From NCBI GenBank assembly GCA_951406725.2, contig OX597831.1, positions 47,988,001-48,052,000 on the forward strand: DNA of 64,000 bases, written 5' to 3'. The notes below the pieces were generated by a model. It saw only the letters and a program-made list of their open reading frames with translations. It did no database searches and was not told the DNA's origin. Positions 1 through 12,321 of the stretch are shown here, in pieces. The position numbers and the translations under genes are program-made. Source of the stretch: Octopus vulgaris (taxonomy: Eukaryota). Within the stretch, counting starts at the first letter, position 1, and each line of letters begins with the position of its first letter.

Positions 1-82
1 CACTTTCGTGTTCAGGTTATTCTATCAAATGTAATGCATATTGCTTCACATTGTTTTGAATTAATCATGCATTATCTCATAT

Positions 83-432
83 ACATTATTTACATTTGAT
101 GTATATTTCTCCTCATCACAACATTTTGGCTGATATACCCTCTTGGGGAAATTTTGAACCTGGGTTCTCATTTTTAAGGTACTTTTCGATATTATTATTA
201 TTATTATTATTCAGGTCACTGCCTGGAATCGAACTCAGAATCTCGGGGTTAGTAGCCCGCGCTCTTAACCACTACGCCATATATCCCTGGGCAATTATGG
301 AGTAAATTTTAGGGCTTAGAAATCTACTATTTTCCTATCCTTCCTTAATACCGGTATTAAGGAAGGATAGGAAAATGTTAGATTGTAAATAATGTACATA
401 ATTCCACATCTCTTAAATATAGAACTGTATAA
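83..432. mobile_element. Composite fold-back element (probably Penelope-like) containing a tRNA-derived cassette and a perfect palindrome
   Basis: inverted ends tacattattt(82-91)/aaataatgta(387-396); flanking atctcatat duplication; internal 48-bp perfect palindrome 329-376. Confidence 0.5.
200..290 (-). mobile_element. Short tRNA-derived SINE-like cassette with (AAT)n tail
   Basis: minus strand TGGCGTAGTGG (A box)...GAGTTCGATTCC (B box)...tgaataataat; acceptor stem not intact, so not a functional tRNA. Confidence 0.6.
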
Positions 433-674
433 TCTCATATCCTTGAGATTTCGATGATGTGATTGAGAGCCTGGATCTGGTCAGTTTGAACATAAAACAA
501 ATGGAAAATTTTGGCCAGATATGATTGGTTTAAGTGCTAAAGTGTTAAGAAAGTTATCAGAACTACAAATGTCTTGTTCAGTTAGCCAAGAAGTATTCCA
601 CCCCATCACAACAGCTAGTTTTAACAACAAAGATTCAGCTAAAGACCTCATGGAAGTAATATATGCTGTAGAGA

Positions 675-895
675 GATGGTGAGCTGGTAGAAACGTTAGC
701 ACACTGGGTGAAATGTTTACCAGTATTTCGTCTGTCTTTACATTCTGAGTTCAAATTCTGCTGGGGTCGACTTTGCCTTTCATCCTTTCGGGGGCAATAA
801 ATTAACTACCAGTTGTGTACTACGCAACTGGTAGTCGATCTAATCAACTGGCCCCCTCCCAAAATATTTTGGGCCTTGTGCCTAAAGTAGAAAAT
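675..895 (+). mobile_element. SINE family A (tRNA-like head, central gcctttcatcctttcggggtcgataa domain)
   Basis: gagctgg.agaaacgttagc head, gagttcaaattc B box; TSD-like at(a/g)tgctgtagag at 661-673 and 896-908. Confidence 0.85.
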
Positions 896-1485
896 ATGTG
901 CTGTAGAGCAACTTTCAAAATAAATAAATAAATAAATAAATAAATAAATGAATTATTCAGATTTTGAATAAAGCATGACAATTAAAAGATCTTTAAATAT
1001 TTTGAAGGAAAAATGAAAGGTTTGTCAACAGGTAGAACAGTCATCTACTGATGCTTATTCTTCCTTTTAGATAAAGAAAAACCTAACACAACCAGTAGAA
1101 CACACACACATACACATGTACATATATATGGTATGAGGAAGGGCATCCAGATATAGAAAGCATGTTAAAACAGAGATGAGGGCTTTATGTAATCCTCCGC
1201 TTTGTATCCTATCAAATCTTCTAAATTATACCAGTATGGAAGATGGTTGTTAAATGATGATGATGTAATCCGTATGTATGTGTGTGTGAGTGTATGTACG
1301 TGTGTGTGTATGTGCTTAAAATTTATTCTTTTGTAATTTTCACTTCGTGCATAAACTAAAAATAAAACCATATATCTTTTATTGAATCAGATATAATTTT
1401 GTTCAAAGCACTTTTTTCTATATAAAGTGTGAATATTTTTGGATTAAATTACAAACAATTTCATTCAAAGATATTTTCCTCTCTC

Positions 1486-1538
<53 letters not shown>

Positions 1539-1682
1539 TATACATACACACACATATATATGTATGTATATGTAATGGCATTAGCATTATAGGGTGACGG
1601 TATTTTAAATAAGTGTTATTTTCTCTTCCAATAATTAAATTTGCTTAAAAACTGTTTTACCTTCCACTTGCAGCTATACTTG

Positions 1683-1726
<44 letters not shown>

Positions 1727-1734
1727 TACGCACG

Positions 1735-1766
<32 letters not shown>

Positions 1767-1792
1767 CATATGCATTTACATACATACATACA

Positions 1793-1827
<35 letters not shown>

Positions 1828-2289
1828 GTATGTGTGTATGTATGGGTGTAAACAGTAATAGGGATTCAAAATATTAAACAGAGCTCATGGTAAGCAATAT
1901 ATATTTATATATGTGCGTCTATATGTATATTGACATGTTAGATCTTTTGGTGTCACAGGTGTAACAGGATACAATTTACAAAACAGAAGTCAACAAATGG
2001 AATAAACATTTTTTTTTTCTCTCACTTCTCTTATTTTGATTATTTACCTATCTGTTCATCAGCTGTAAGCAGTGATAGCATTGTAAATGGTAAAATATTC
2101 TTAATCTCTAGTATTGCATTCAAATCTTGTTGAAAGTGTAGTGATCTTTTCTAGATGCTTGACTTTTTTCTCAAAACATTTGCTTCTTAACTGTTTAACA
2201 TTGGAGGACCTAGAAATAATTGGTAATTTATTAGATGAAAGTGTTGTGATGGATTGACTAACAAGGGTGGATGATCATTAAGCTTAATA

Positions 2290-2615
2290 AAGACCCCTTT
2301 GGTCATGAATGACCATGGTATTGCTCCTAGAAAGTTCCCCTCCAAGATACAAGTCTGGGAAAGATTGTTTATGAAAGACCTGCAGTTGCCCATGCATACC
2401 AGCCTCTCCTCTCCACGCCACCGATGTTATCCAAAGGAAAGGCAAAAGCCGATACAGTTTGGCACCAGTGGTGTCACAACTCATTTCTACAGCTGAGTGA
2501 ACTGGAGCATCATAAAATAAAGTGTCTTGCTCAAGAACACAGCACTCAGCCTGGTCTGCGAATTGAACTCACTACCTCATGATTGTGAGCCTGACGCTCT
2601 TACCACTGAAGCCAT
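2290..2615 (-). mobile_element. tRNA-derived CORE-like SINE (family E)
   Basis: minus strand cagtggtaagagcgtcaggctcacaatcatgaggtagtgagttcaattcg head, then gtgttcttgagcaagacactttatttt..gctccagttcactcagctgtagaaatgag core. Confidence 0.75.
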
Positions 2616-3258
2616 CTTAGTAGCTTCATTAGATTAAATTAGTATCTCATACTATATGCATGGATACCTGTGCAGTAAGAAATTCACTTCTCAACCACTT
2701 AGTTTTGGGTTCAGTCCCACAACATGGCACCTTAGTCAAGAGTCTTCAACTGTTACCCTGAGATCATAAAAACTTTGCCAGTGGATTTGGTAGAGGGAAA
2801 CTGAAAGAAGCCAATTATATATTTGTGTGTATGTGTGTGTGTGTGAGTGCATGTGTGTGTGTGTGTGGGGGGGGAATAAGCTCTTATTTCCTTGCTGTTT
2901 ACTGGCAGTTCACCACAAAAACATATCTGGGCTTTGTGATGCACTCTGACATGCTGCACCATTTTTATAAACAGAAGGCTCAATGATACAATGTCATTTG
3001 TTTCCAATTCTCCATGTAAATATGTATAGACTGTTGTTCAATAGACTTGGAAATTATTACCTCATTTATAATGTGTTGGGCTTTAGTGACAAGAAAGGCA
3101 TCTACCTTGCCATAGAAAAACTCTTCCCCAACATTGTTTCATCTGAGTAATGTGAATTTGGAAAAGTAGACATTATAATGATAATGATGACTATAACCCA
3201 TATTTTAAAGAATCCTTTCCGCCTTCCTTTTGCTGAAACTGTTAGTATCACTTAACTA

Positions 3259-3676
3259 AGGTGGCGAGCTGGCAGAATCATTAGCACGCCGGGCGAAATG
3301 CTTAGTGGTATTTTGTCTGCCGCTATGTTCTGAGTTCAAATTCCGCTGAGATCAACTTTGCCTTTCATCCTTTCGGGGTCAATTAAATAAGTACCAGTTA
3401 CGCACTGGGGTTGATATAATCGACTTAATCCGTTTGTGTGTCCTTGTTTGTACTCTCTGTGTTAAGATCCTTGTGGGTAGAAAAGAAATAGGTATTTCAT
3501 CTGCCGCTAAGGTTTGAGTTCAAATTCTGCTGAGATCGACTTTGCCTTTCATCCTTTTGGGGGTCGATTAAATAAGTACCAGTTATGCACTAGGGTCAAT
3601 GTAAGCGACTTAATCCCTTTGTTTGTCCTTGTTTGTCCCCTCTATGTATAGCCCCTTGTGTGCAATAAAGAAATAA
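3259..3676 (+). mobile_element. SINE family A, internally duplicated (dimer)
   Basis: body repeated at 3308-3490 and 3491-3676; TSD agtatcacttaac on both sides. Confidence 0.9.
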
Positions 3677-4649
3677 GTATCACTTAACCCTGTATGTGCT
3701 TTTAATGGTTCCTCCTGCTTTGAAAAATTACAGCTGTTCGACTAACAGAGGTAGGGGAAAGGAAGGGAAACAGCTACTATTTAAAATGGAAGTGTATGAG
3801 GATTTGAGAGAGAATTAACTATTATTTCTAGCAGGTTAACTGACCACTGTAGAAGTTTTGTTAATGGTCATTTATTAACACATGTAACCTAATATGTAGT
3901 TAATAATCTTTTCTACTCTAGACATAAAATTTTGTGGGAAGGGGCCAATTGATTAGATCAACCCCGAAAGGATTAAAAGTAAAGTTAACTTTGGTGGAAT
4001 TTGAACTCAGAACATAAAATATGTAGTAAATAATATAAAAAGAAGGACACTTTAAATGATTATTCCTGGAAATAAGGTTGGATGGACACGACTGGAAACA
4101 CTTTGATCACTAAGTTCTGCTCAATCAGGGCTGACCAGGGGCTGAACAGCTATTCTGAAAAACACCGTTATTAATTAATTTTTTTTTAATTAATAATTTC
4201 ATTCACTAAATTAAAAAACCAAATATAATTTAAGAAATATTTATAAGTGATCGTTATCATTTCAAGGTGTGAAAGGAGAAAAATAATGAAGAAAAGAATT
4301 ATTAGAAATTAATTATGTATCATTTCTGGAACGAAGACCTTCCCAGTTGTTAATTGAAACTAATCAATAATAGAGGTCATTAATAACACAGTCAAGGCAG
4401 ATGTGGGCTTGACCAAAATATACATATACATTCACTATGAGAGAGTCTCTGTAGGGGTCTTTAAATTGTTAGAAATATCAGATAAATCAACTTAAAATCA
4501 CATACTGCTATCTTGGAGGGGATGGATATATTGTAATATATAATATATTCTTTTATACTTTATTTGATTCAGCCATTGCACCTTATCCATGCTGGTACAC
4601 TGTTTAAAAGGGCTTAAACTGATTAAATCGATCTCAGAATTTAATTGGC

Positions 4650-5135
4650 TTGCTACCTTCCATGCCATGTCACTCTTAACAAAATTATAAAGCCTGGCCT
4701 AGATGCTACAAGCTTATCTTCCCATCTCAAGCCAGTGGGACAAGACTGAGGGGACAGTAAAAGGCCTTGACAATTTTCCCATTCCATGACAGAAGGCTTC
4801 TCAACTGGGATGCCACATGCTATGACACCTTTTCCAGTGGCAACTTGATGTGCTCAGCTGCCAACCTAGGCTCTGTTGCTTTGCTCACCAGGCTGAGCAA
4901 AGTAAATTGTCAAGGTATCAGTTGCTTAGCAACAGGTTTATGGTTGAGCCTGTGACAGTGGAAGCCTCTGACATTCGTGGCCTCCAGACCACATCTCTAC
5001 TCACCACTATTTGAGGTGGAGATGCCAGTCTGCAAGAGTGAGTCCTGTAAGTCAGAGTGGCCGTTCCAGTGCATCTCCCTTGATATCCCTAAGGCCAACG
5101 CTTTTTCATTTTGTCTGCTGGGATCATGAGACTGT
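4650..5135 (+). mobile_element. Decayed CRE-like non-LTR retrotransposon 3' end (restriction-like endonuclease domain)
   Basis: frameshifted translation NKIIKPGLD..HLKPVGQD*GDSKRP../LTIFPFHDRRLLNWDATCYDTF../AEQSKLSRYQLLSNRFMVEPVTVEAS..FQCISLDIPKANA follows the CRE-type pattern RPDG..WDATC.DT..K..KY..P..VE..QRIS.AI..GNA. Confidence 0.75.
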
Positions 5136-6012
5136 CTGACTTACAGGAAATTGTATGTTCCACTTCTTAATGTAAAGTCACTCCATATAGATATATATAT
5201 ATATATATAAATTTAAAATAGGATAAATTCTTTATAAGAATTTATCAAGTAGTCAGCGTGAAAACCTTCTAAGGGAAAAATTATAATGTAATGTAATGTA
5301 AAGTATTGTATTGTATTGTATATATATATATGTGTGTGTATATTTCTGTTTATAAGAAAACTTAGAAATGGGTAATCAAACTTTTATAAAATATTACTGG
5401 TTTTGATGTATATGTCCAACATCTTCCATCGGTCACTTTTAGCCAAATTTATAGAGAAAGAGTTGTAGGAGGGAACCATGATGGCAAATGCAAGAAGGTG
5501 TTGGAGGGAGAATAATAGAAGAGAAGCAAATTGATAGGAATGGGAAAATGATGAGAAGAGGTGAGAGAGAGAGAGAGTAAAGAGAGAGAGAGAGTAAAGA
5601 GGAAAAGAATGAGAGTCACCATAAAAAAGGTTGATAAGGAGGAGGGAGGCAGGATGATATAAAAAAAGTGTGTTGTAAATGGGTAAGTGACAGAAGAGAG
5701 AGGTGAGAGGAGAGCTCTGGGATAGAGAATGTTTAGGGAGAGAAAATGATGGATGTCAATAGAGAGTGACAGATGAGAGAATGACATGAGTGTGAATGAC
5801 TGAAGCAATGAAGATTAATGGTGAAAGAATAGGAGTTATAAATGTCAATAATGAGTGATAGGGGTGTTAGTGATGAATGTGCATGTGTGTGTATGTGTGT
5901 GTGTGTGTATGTATGTGTGTGTGTATGAGAGAGAGAGTGTGTGTTGGATGGGCACTGGAAATTTGTCCTAAAGATTAATAGCTGAATGAAAAAGGATGCT
6001 ATTTGTATTATA

Positions 6013-6210
6013 AGAAAAAAATTCTAGCTGGGCCCCACCTGCAAGGTCATGTGCTGTTTATCTTGATATGAGATCACCATATCGCGCACATATGGTTGTG
6101 ATGCATGTGCCTGGTGTACCCTTATCAGACGGGTAGTCATGATGGGTGTACTGGGCTTCATATATTTTACCCCAGTGTCATTTTGATGGCATGCACTGCT
6201 CTCTCACTCA
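6013..6210 (+). mobile_element. 5'-truncated non-LTR retroposon 3' end with (AAT)n tail; same family as 49350-49620
   Basis: near-identical to 49422-49620 (gggccccacctgcaaggtcatgtgc...gcactgctctctcactcaat), followed by (AAT)n. Confidence 0.8.
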
Positions 6211-6225
6211 ATGATAATGATGATG

Positions 6226-6276
<51 letters not shown>

Positions 6277-6291
6277 GTAATAGTAATAATG

Positions 6292-6327
<36 letters not shown>

Positions 6328-6355
6328 GTAGTAAAATAATGATATGATAATAATG

Positions 6356-6419
<64 letters not shown>

Positions 6420-6437
6420 TAATAATGATAATAATAA
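6210..6437. repeat. (AAT)n microsatellite
   Basis: direct inspection. Confidence 0.95.
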
Positions 6438-7469
6438 TGTAGAATATATTTGCAATAAACAAATAAATTTTATTAATAATTTATCACAAATTTATTCTTA
6501 TTTAACTGAGCATTAAAAGCATGGAACAAACTCGATGTTGTATTAATTAAGCATTTTCACCAAGGATATTAATTATTTACCTTATGTAGACATTAAATGA
6601 TTAATTACATCAACTTACATTTACCATGTGTCATTTTGTATGCAAAACTTCCTTCATTGATTAGTTTTAGGAAACAAATTAGCAATCATGGGTCATTTCT
6701 GATACAAACTGCATCATCTCAACCATAATACTATACTGAAATAATGAAATAACGACCTCTGTAGTTATTTTAATCTCACCCAGAAGCTAGTTTATTTAAT
6801 TAACCAATAGTAGAACTGACTTTGAGATGTAACTAGGGATTAGATTGTTAGAGTAATCAATAATTATTCCCCTTTGGGGTTGAAGTCTTACAGAATTGAC
6901 TATTTCGTGAGAAGTATCATAAACTTGCGGCTATTAATATTGTCGGAGCTATTGTTCTTCTTTTCCTTTGTCTCTTTTCATTTGTCATTTTTGTTTTTGG
7001 TTTTTCTTTTTGTATTTTCAACAAATGTTTATTTAATATAGCTAGGGAATGTGCATCAAAGTGTGGAGATACCAAGGGTGTTAATATAGATGTACATAAT
7101 CGTATTGGTGTGTATCAGAGCATAAAAATAAATGTTTGTGTGTAGAGGTGTGTGTATTAATTTATACAGAGTTGTCTAATTCTCAGTTAATATTGATTTA
7201 TCAAGTCTAATTAAAGACGTTCCAACCATGATCAGCTCATCGGTTTAAAGATAAGCATGACTGCATTATTGAATATTTTCTTTCTGTTACAAAGATGGTA
7301 AGGTCTAAGTTAGTGGGTGGAAATACGGATTCTATAAAGGGATTTCCTCATTATCTCAATATATAGATTCTGCATACATGTGTGCTTGTGTATGTCTGAA
7401 TGCTTAAAAGCCATGAAATGCATATATATATGTGTGTGTGTCTATGTATCTTTTATTCAGCTGAGGTAT

Positions 7470-7508
<39 letters not shown>

Positions 7509-7516
7509 TAAACACA

Positions 7517-7732
7517 TGAGGGGTTGCTGAAAAGTTCCTGGCTTTGAGTAAAAGAAAATACAGGAGGATCAGTTAATTATGATTTTATTCAGCATATTCC
7601 CCTCTCAGACTTACGCACTTATTGCAGCAGTCTTTCAGTTTTTCCAATCCCTATAAAAGAACTTGGAAGGTTAGGCCTCCAACAAGGCCTTTCGCAATAC
7701 CCTCAAAGCCAGGAACTTTTCAGTACCCCTTG
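7517..7732. mobile_element. Mariner-type MITE
   Basis: ~30-bp TIRs gaggggttgctgaaaagttcctggctttgag / ctcaaagccaggaacttttcagtacccctt; TA at the right flank. Confidence 0.85.
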
Positions 7733-7790
7733 TATGTATATATATATATATTTATTCATATCAAAATAAGCAACAGGATATCAAGTAGTG

Positions 7791-7859
7791 ATGCAGTACG
7801 ACCGTTTCAAGCAGCTCCATTTAATTGAACAATGCAATCAGTGCCATCTTCAGCTGCAC
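7791..7859 (-). ncRNA. Minimal type-I hammerhead ribozyme motif (Penelope-like element terminus)
   Basis: minus strand gtgcag-CTGAAGA-tggca...tgctt-GAAAC-ggtc-GTA-ctgcat; stem I gtgcag/ctgcat; stem III acggtcgt is self-complementary with G.U pairs. Confidence 0.65.
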
Positions 7860-8244
7860 AAATAAATAAATAGAATTTTAACCAGTTGGACACATTAATA
7901 TAATTTTTCTCAAATGCTTTAACAGAGCAAGAGGATGGAAGAAATTCATGTTGTCACTATTGTAGCTAAGAATATGCTACACCTCAAAAAATTGTATGAA
8001 GCTCATTGGGGTCATAGCTTGTAAAGGATTGTGATTCATTTCTAATTCATCTAAGACTAGAGGGCTGTCTGTTTAGAATAAAGTGCAAGAGTGAGATGAT
8101 AGCTTATGGCTAGGTATGGTCATAGATATTGTCATATGTATCCCTTTTCCTTAGGGAGGAATGAAGACATTAGGAGTAGTCAATTGGATATAGAGTAACT
8201 GTCTATGTATTTTTTATTTCATGTATATTTATACACACACATAA

Positions 8245-8275
<31 letters not shown>

Positions 8276-9239
8276 AAAAATATCTGTGTATGTATGTGTG
8301 TGTGTGTGTGTGTGTGTGTTTCTCTATGCATATTCTACTTTTTTTAATATTCAAATTTTCTCGAAGCATGATAGCAGATAATAGAAAATAATGCAAATTT
8401 TCTTGCTTTTCAATTTTGCATGATCTTTACAGGAATTTTTTTTTCTCTGTTAATATACATAAAACAGCTTTTAAAATTTAGATATTTTTTTTTTGTGAAT
8501 TGTTGCAGCAACTTTTGGTATTGAATTTGCATTGCAAGAATTTTGATCTGAAACTATGTTCAAACCATTATTGTTATATTTTGGAAGATTCATAATTAAC
8601 AAAATCTATAAACACTCTCACCAGTTATTTGTCTACATTTCACTTCTCTTTCTCTTTCCACAGCAAAAAAAAATCTCCCAAAATATTTTTCACTGTATCA
8701 ATTTGTAAGGTTGTCAATGGATGTACATATTTTTTTTTCTTTTAAATATTCAGTTTTTTAGTTTGTAACAATACAAAAATGAACTGAAAGCTAAAAACCA
8801 AGTATTTAAAAGAAAAAATAAACACCCACTGAGAAGGCTACAGAATCAGTGTAGCGAAACATACTTTTATAGACATAAACAAACATCAACTTCCTTGGAA
8901 AATAAAAATAAGTGAAATATTGACAAGTGTGTGTTTATAGATTTTATTAAGTATGACTTCCTGCAACCCATGCCAGCTTGAACAATGGGCGTGAAATGAT
9001 GATGATGATGATGATGATGGTGAAGGAGAATTAGAAACTTGTGTAGGTTGAACTATGTAAAATGTTAGAGAAAGAAACCTAGCTGTTTCTTGCAATGCAT
9101 ACCAATACACATATCTGAAGCAAAATTTTTTTAGGTGCCCTAAATATACTATTGTGGCTTCTTAATTTAATATGTTTTTATGTGAACCCCAAAAACTATT
9201 TAATAGCAAGAAATTCTAGGGAAAACTAAATAGCAGAAG

Positions 9240-9600
9240 ACTTACAAAGAAGCTCCCCTCTGGCAAGTGCTTCGGCTCTTAATTCCTTACACACATGAGG
9301 ACCATGCTGTGACTGTGTCATGACTCATGGAAATTCGTCTGCTCCCTAATTCTGTGCTACTGTCTGCATTGTAACCTTCCTGGTTGGTCAAAGTGCCCCA
9401 GAGCCAAGGTACCTTGGCTGTTTCAAGCAGGTGAATGTGAGATGCCAGTTAACTGTAAGTTTAATTATGTCTTTTGAATCCACTTCCTTTCTTCCTTAAC
9501 CAGATCTAATTGGAACTCTTTGTAACTGCTTCTGCCATTAGCTTGAAAACCTCATAAAAGATACTAAGCCTTAAGGCATTCTAATTCTTCTTTTGACACG
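9240..9600 (-). mobile_element. Decayed Hero/R2-group LINE 3' end
   Basis: minus translation KLMAEAVTKSSN*IWLRKK resembles the Hero C-terminal motif (EAAE..S.WLWL.R). Confidence 0.4.
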
Positions 9601-9812
9601 TATTAGGCAGAATGATGGATATACTGCAATATTTCATTAATTATGGAACTTGCACGACATTGTTCATAATTACGTCTCTCAAAGTTAATAACAAGGCAAG
9701 ATAGGTAGTGTATGCATGTGTGTGAGAGATAAATAGAGAAAATATAGTATGTATATGCATAGGGGTATATGTATGCATGTGTGTGCGAGAGAGTGAGAGA
9801 GAAAGAGAGGAA

Positions 9813-10408
9813 GTTAACATTTAAACTGGCCATATCCAACCATATCTGGCCAATACATTTTATCTGTTTTAGGTTAAAACTGGTCAGATTCTGCCTCTTA
9901 CATTTACTCTAAAAATATTCTGTCACATTATCAAAATCTCAATGTTACAAGATAATGTATGAATAATTGCAGCGGGGAAGGTGTTTATAAGCCATTTAAG
10001 AAACACAAAAACAGTTAGATTCACTTCAACATTTAAATTTAATTTGCCAAAATATTTTTGTTGCTTTGAGGCCGCAACCTGTTCACTGACAAAATTCTGT
10101 GCTGCATACGGAATTTTTAATATGAGATACAGCTAGGAAATTTGTCAGTGAACAGGTCGCATTCTCAAAGCGATGAAAATATTTTGGCAAATTAAATTTA
10201 AATGTTGAAGTGAATCTAACAGTTTTTGTGTGTTTCTTAAATGGCTTATAAACACCTTCCATGCTGCAATTGTTTCCGTTGCAGCACACGATCTCAGATC
10301 AGGTCACTTGCTATGCAAGTACATCTCCATAATAAGCATGAATAATTCTAAATAATGTAAATAAATAAGCATTGCATTTGACAGGGTAAGCTGAATACTA
10401 AAGGATTA
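9813..10408 (-). mobile_element. piggyBac-like MITE copy (reverse orientation) interrupted by a fold-back element
   Basis: 9813-9968 and 10331-10408 are reverse-complement matches to 51998-52218; atgaataatt is duplicated around the insert. Confidence 0.65.
9965..10330. mobile_element. Fold-back element with ~135-bp inverted arms (Penelope-like)
   Basis: 9965-10097 is the reverse complement of ~10138-10271 (gaaggtgtttataagccatttaagaaacac...cctgttcactgacaaa). Confidence 0.8.
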
Positions 10409-10515
10409 GATAGATATAATCCAAAACATCAGCTTCTTTTTTCTCTATTTACTACAAACAAGATTATTGACACACAACAAAATCTCCTAGGCTTACCATT
10501 ACCACCACTGATACC

Positions 10516-10747
10516 TATTTCTTTATTACCCACAAGGGGCTAAACATAGAGGGGACAATCAAGGACAGACATAGGTATTAAGTCGATTACATCGACCCCA
10601 GTGCGTAACTGGTGCTTAATTTATCGACCCCGAAAGGATGAAAGGCAAAGTCGACCTCGGCGGAATTTGAACTCACAACGTAACGGCAGACAAAATACCG
10701 CAAAGCATTTCGCCCGGTGTGCTAACGCTTCTGCCAGCTCGCCGCCT
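10516..10747 (-). mobile_element. SINE family A, young full-length copy
   Basis: CpGs intact; perfect TSD taccaccactgatacc at 10500-10515 and 10748-10763. Confidence 0.92.
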
Positions 10748-10840
10748 TACCACCACTGATACCAATACCATCCACAATTACTTTCTTTAGATTCTGAAAT
10801 TTACCCATAATACAACATGACAGTACTATACAGTATTACA

Positions 10841-11118
10841 GTGCAGCTGCTGCTGGTGTTGCTGTTGTTGTTGTTGCTGCTGGTGTTGCTGTCCTTGCTG
10901 CTGTTGTTGCTATCGTTGCTGCTGCTGATGATGATGATGAGGATGAGGATATTGTTGTTATTGCTGGTGTTGTTACTGTTGATATTGTCGCTGTTGCTGC
11001 TATTGTTGCTGCTGTTGTTGTTCATGTTATTGTTATTGTTGTTGCTGTTGTTGTTGTTGCTGCTACTGTTGTAGTTGTTGTTATTGTTGTTGTTATTGCT
11101 GTTGTTGTCGTTGTTGTA
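10841..11118. repeat. (TGC/TGT/TGA)n compound trinucleotide repeat
   Basis: direct inspection. Confidence 0.9.
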
Positions 11119-11346
11119 ATTTTATCTCAGGTCTGTTTGTGCAGAATTATGATCAATGACATTCCAACATTTCCATCCTTTCCTTTTTACCTTTTTTTTC
11201 CAAACATAATGTACCTTAGATTATCTTATTCAATGTGTCTCATTTTAAGACAACACAATTTAAGGGGAAATTTGATAACTATTTCAACAATAGCATAGCT
11301 GGATGAGTTTGGTCCGATCCAGATGACTCTTTAAGGAGAGAGGCAA

Positions 11347-11608
11347 GGCGGCAAGCTGGCAGAATCATTAGCATGCTGGGCGAAATGCTTAACGGCATTT
11401 CGTCTGCCGCTACATTCTGAGTTCAAATACCGCCAAGGTTGACTTTGCCTTTCATCCTTTTGAGATCGATTAAATAAGTACCAGTTACGCACTAGGGTCG
11501 ATATATTCGACTTAATCCGTTTGTCTGTCCTTGTTCATCCCCTCTGTCAATCTAATTGACAGGTCCCCTCCCCCAAAATTTCAGGCCTTGTGCCTGGAGT
11601 ATAAAAGA
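11347..11608 (+). mobile_element. SINE family A with chimeric 3' tail
   Basis: family A body followed by part of tail type 1 then tail type 2; ctttaaggagag flanks both sides. Confidence 0.85.
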
Positions 11609-12089
11609 CTTTAAGGAGAGTGGCTCTTTAGGGTCAACTGTATAAGCTTGTAAAGCCTGGAAAGTGTGTAGGGATGACAAACTCATGGACTGCCCCCAGT
11701 GGCACACACTTCTGCTATGCTACTCTGTTTCTGTTAGGTTGAACCATTACAGGAAGGAGACTCCTTCAGATGCTGTACTCTGTAAGCGTTGCATTGTAGT
11801 TTGTCCCCATGTGGTTCATTGCTTTTGAATGAAGAAAATATAAGTAAACAAAAATCAAAAGTTAATTCCATTATCAGAATTGATCAATATAAATTCTCAC
11901 CTAGATCAATAAAGATACACGATAAATTTATTAAATCTTTAATAGAATTCTCAATTTCTTCATGCTAATAGACTACCTGTGTATAGAAATATAACAAATT
12001 TGTATATCTCATTAATTTTACCTTTCATATTAAATTTTTCTCCTATATTTGGGTTGAATTGATTAATTCTGCTTATGGTTTGAGCACAA

Positions 12090-12126
<37 letters not shown>

Positions 12127-12240
12127 ATCACGTGATATATAAATATATACACACATATATATACACATACATGCAGATATCTCAAAAGTAAAGAAACATT
12201 CTTAATTTTATACTCATATACATATACGTGAATATACAAT

Positions 12241-12321
<81 letters not shown>

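Larger units (their letters stand above)
1..548 (+). mobile_element. piggyBac-like MITE copy (family of 22986-23175 and 51998-52218), interrupted by an insertion at ~83-432
   Basis: 1-82 and 433-548 match the other copies (gaattaatcatgcattatctc...ggccagatatg..ggtttaagtgctaaagtgTTAA); atctcatat is duplicated on both sides of the insert. Confidence 0.7.

Noticed and set aside
11788-11805. miR-33-like gttgcattgtagtt
   Set aside because: Partial match only, with no hairpin partner.
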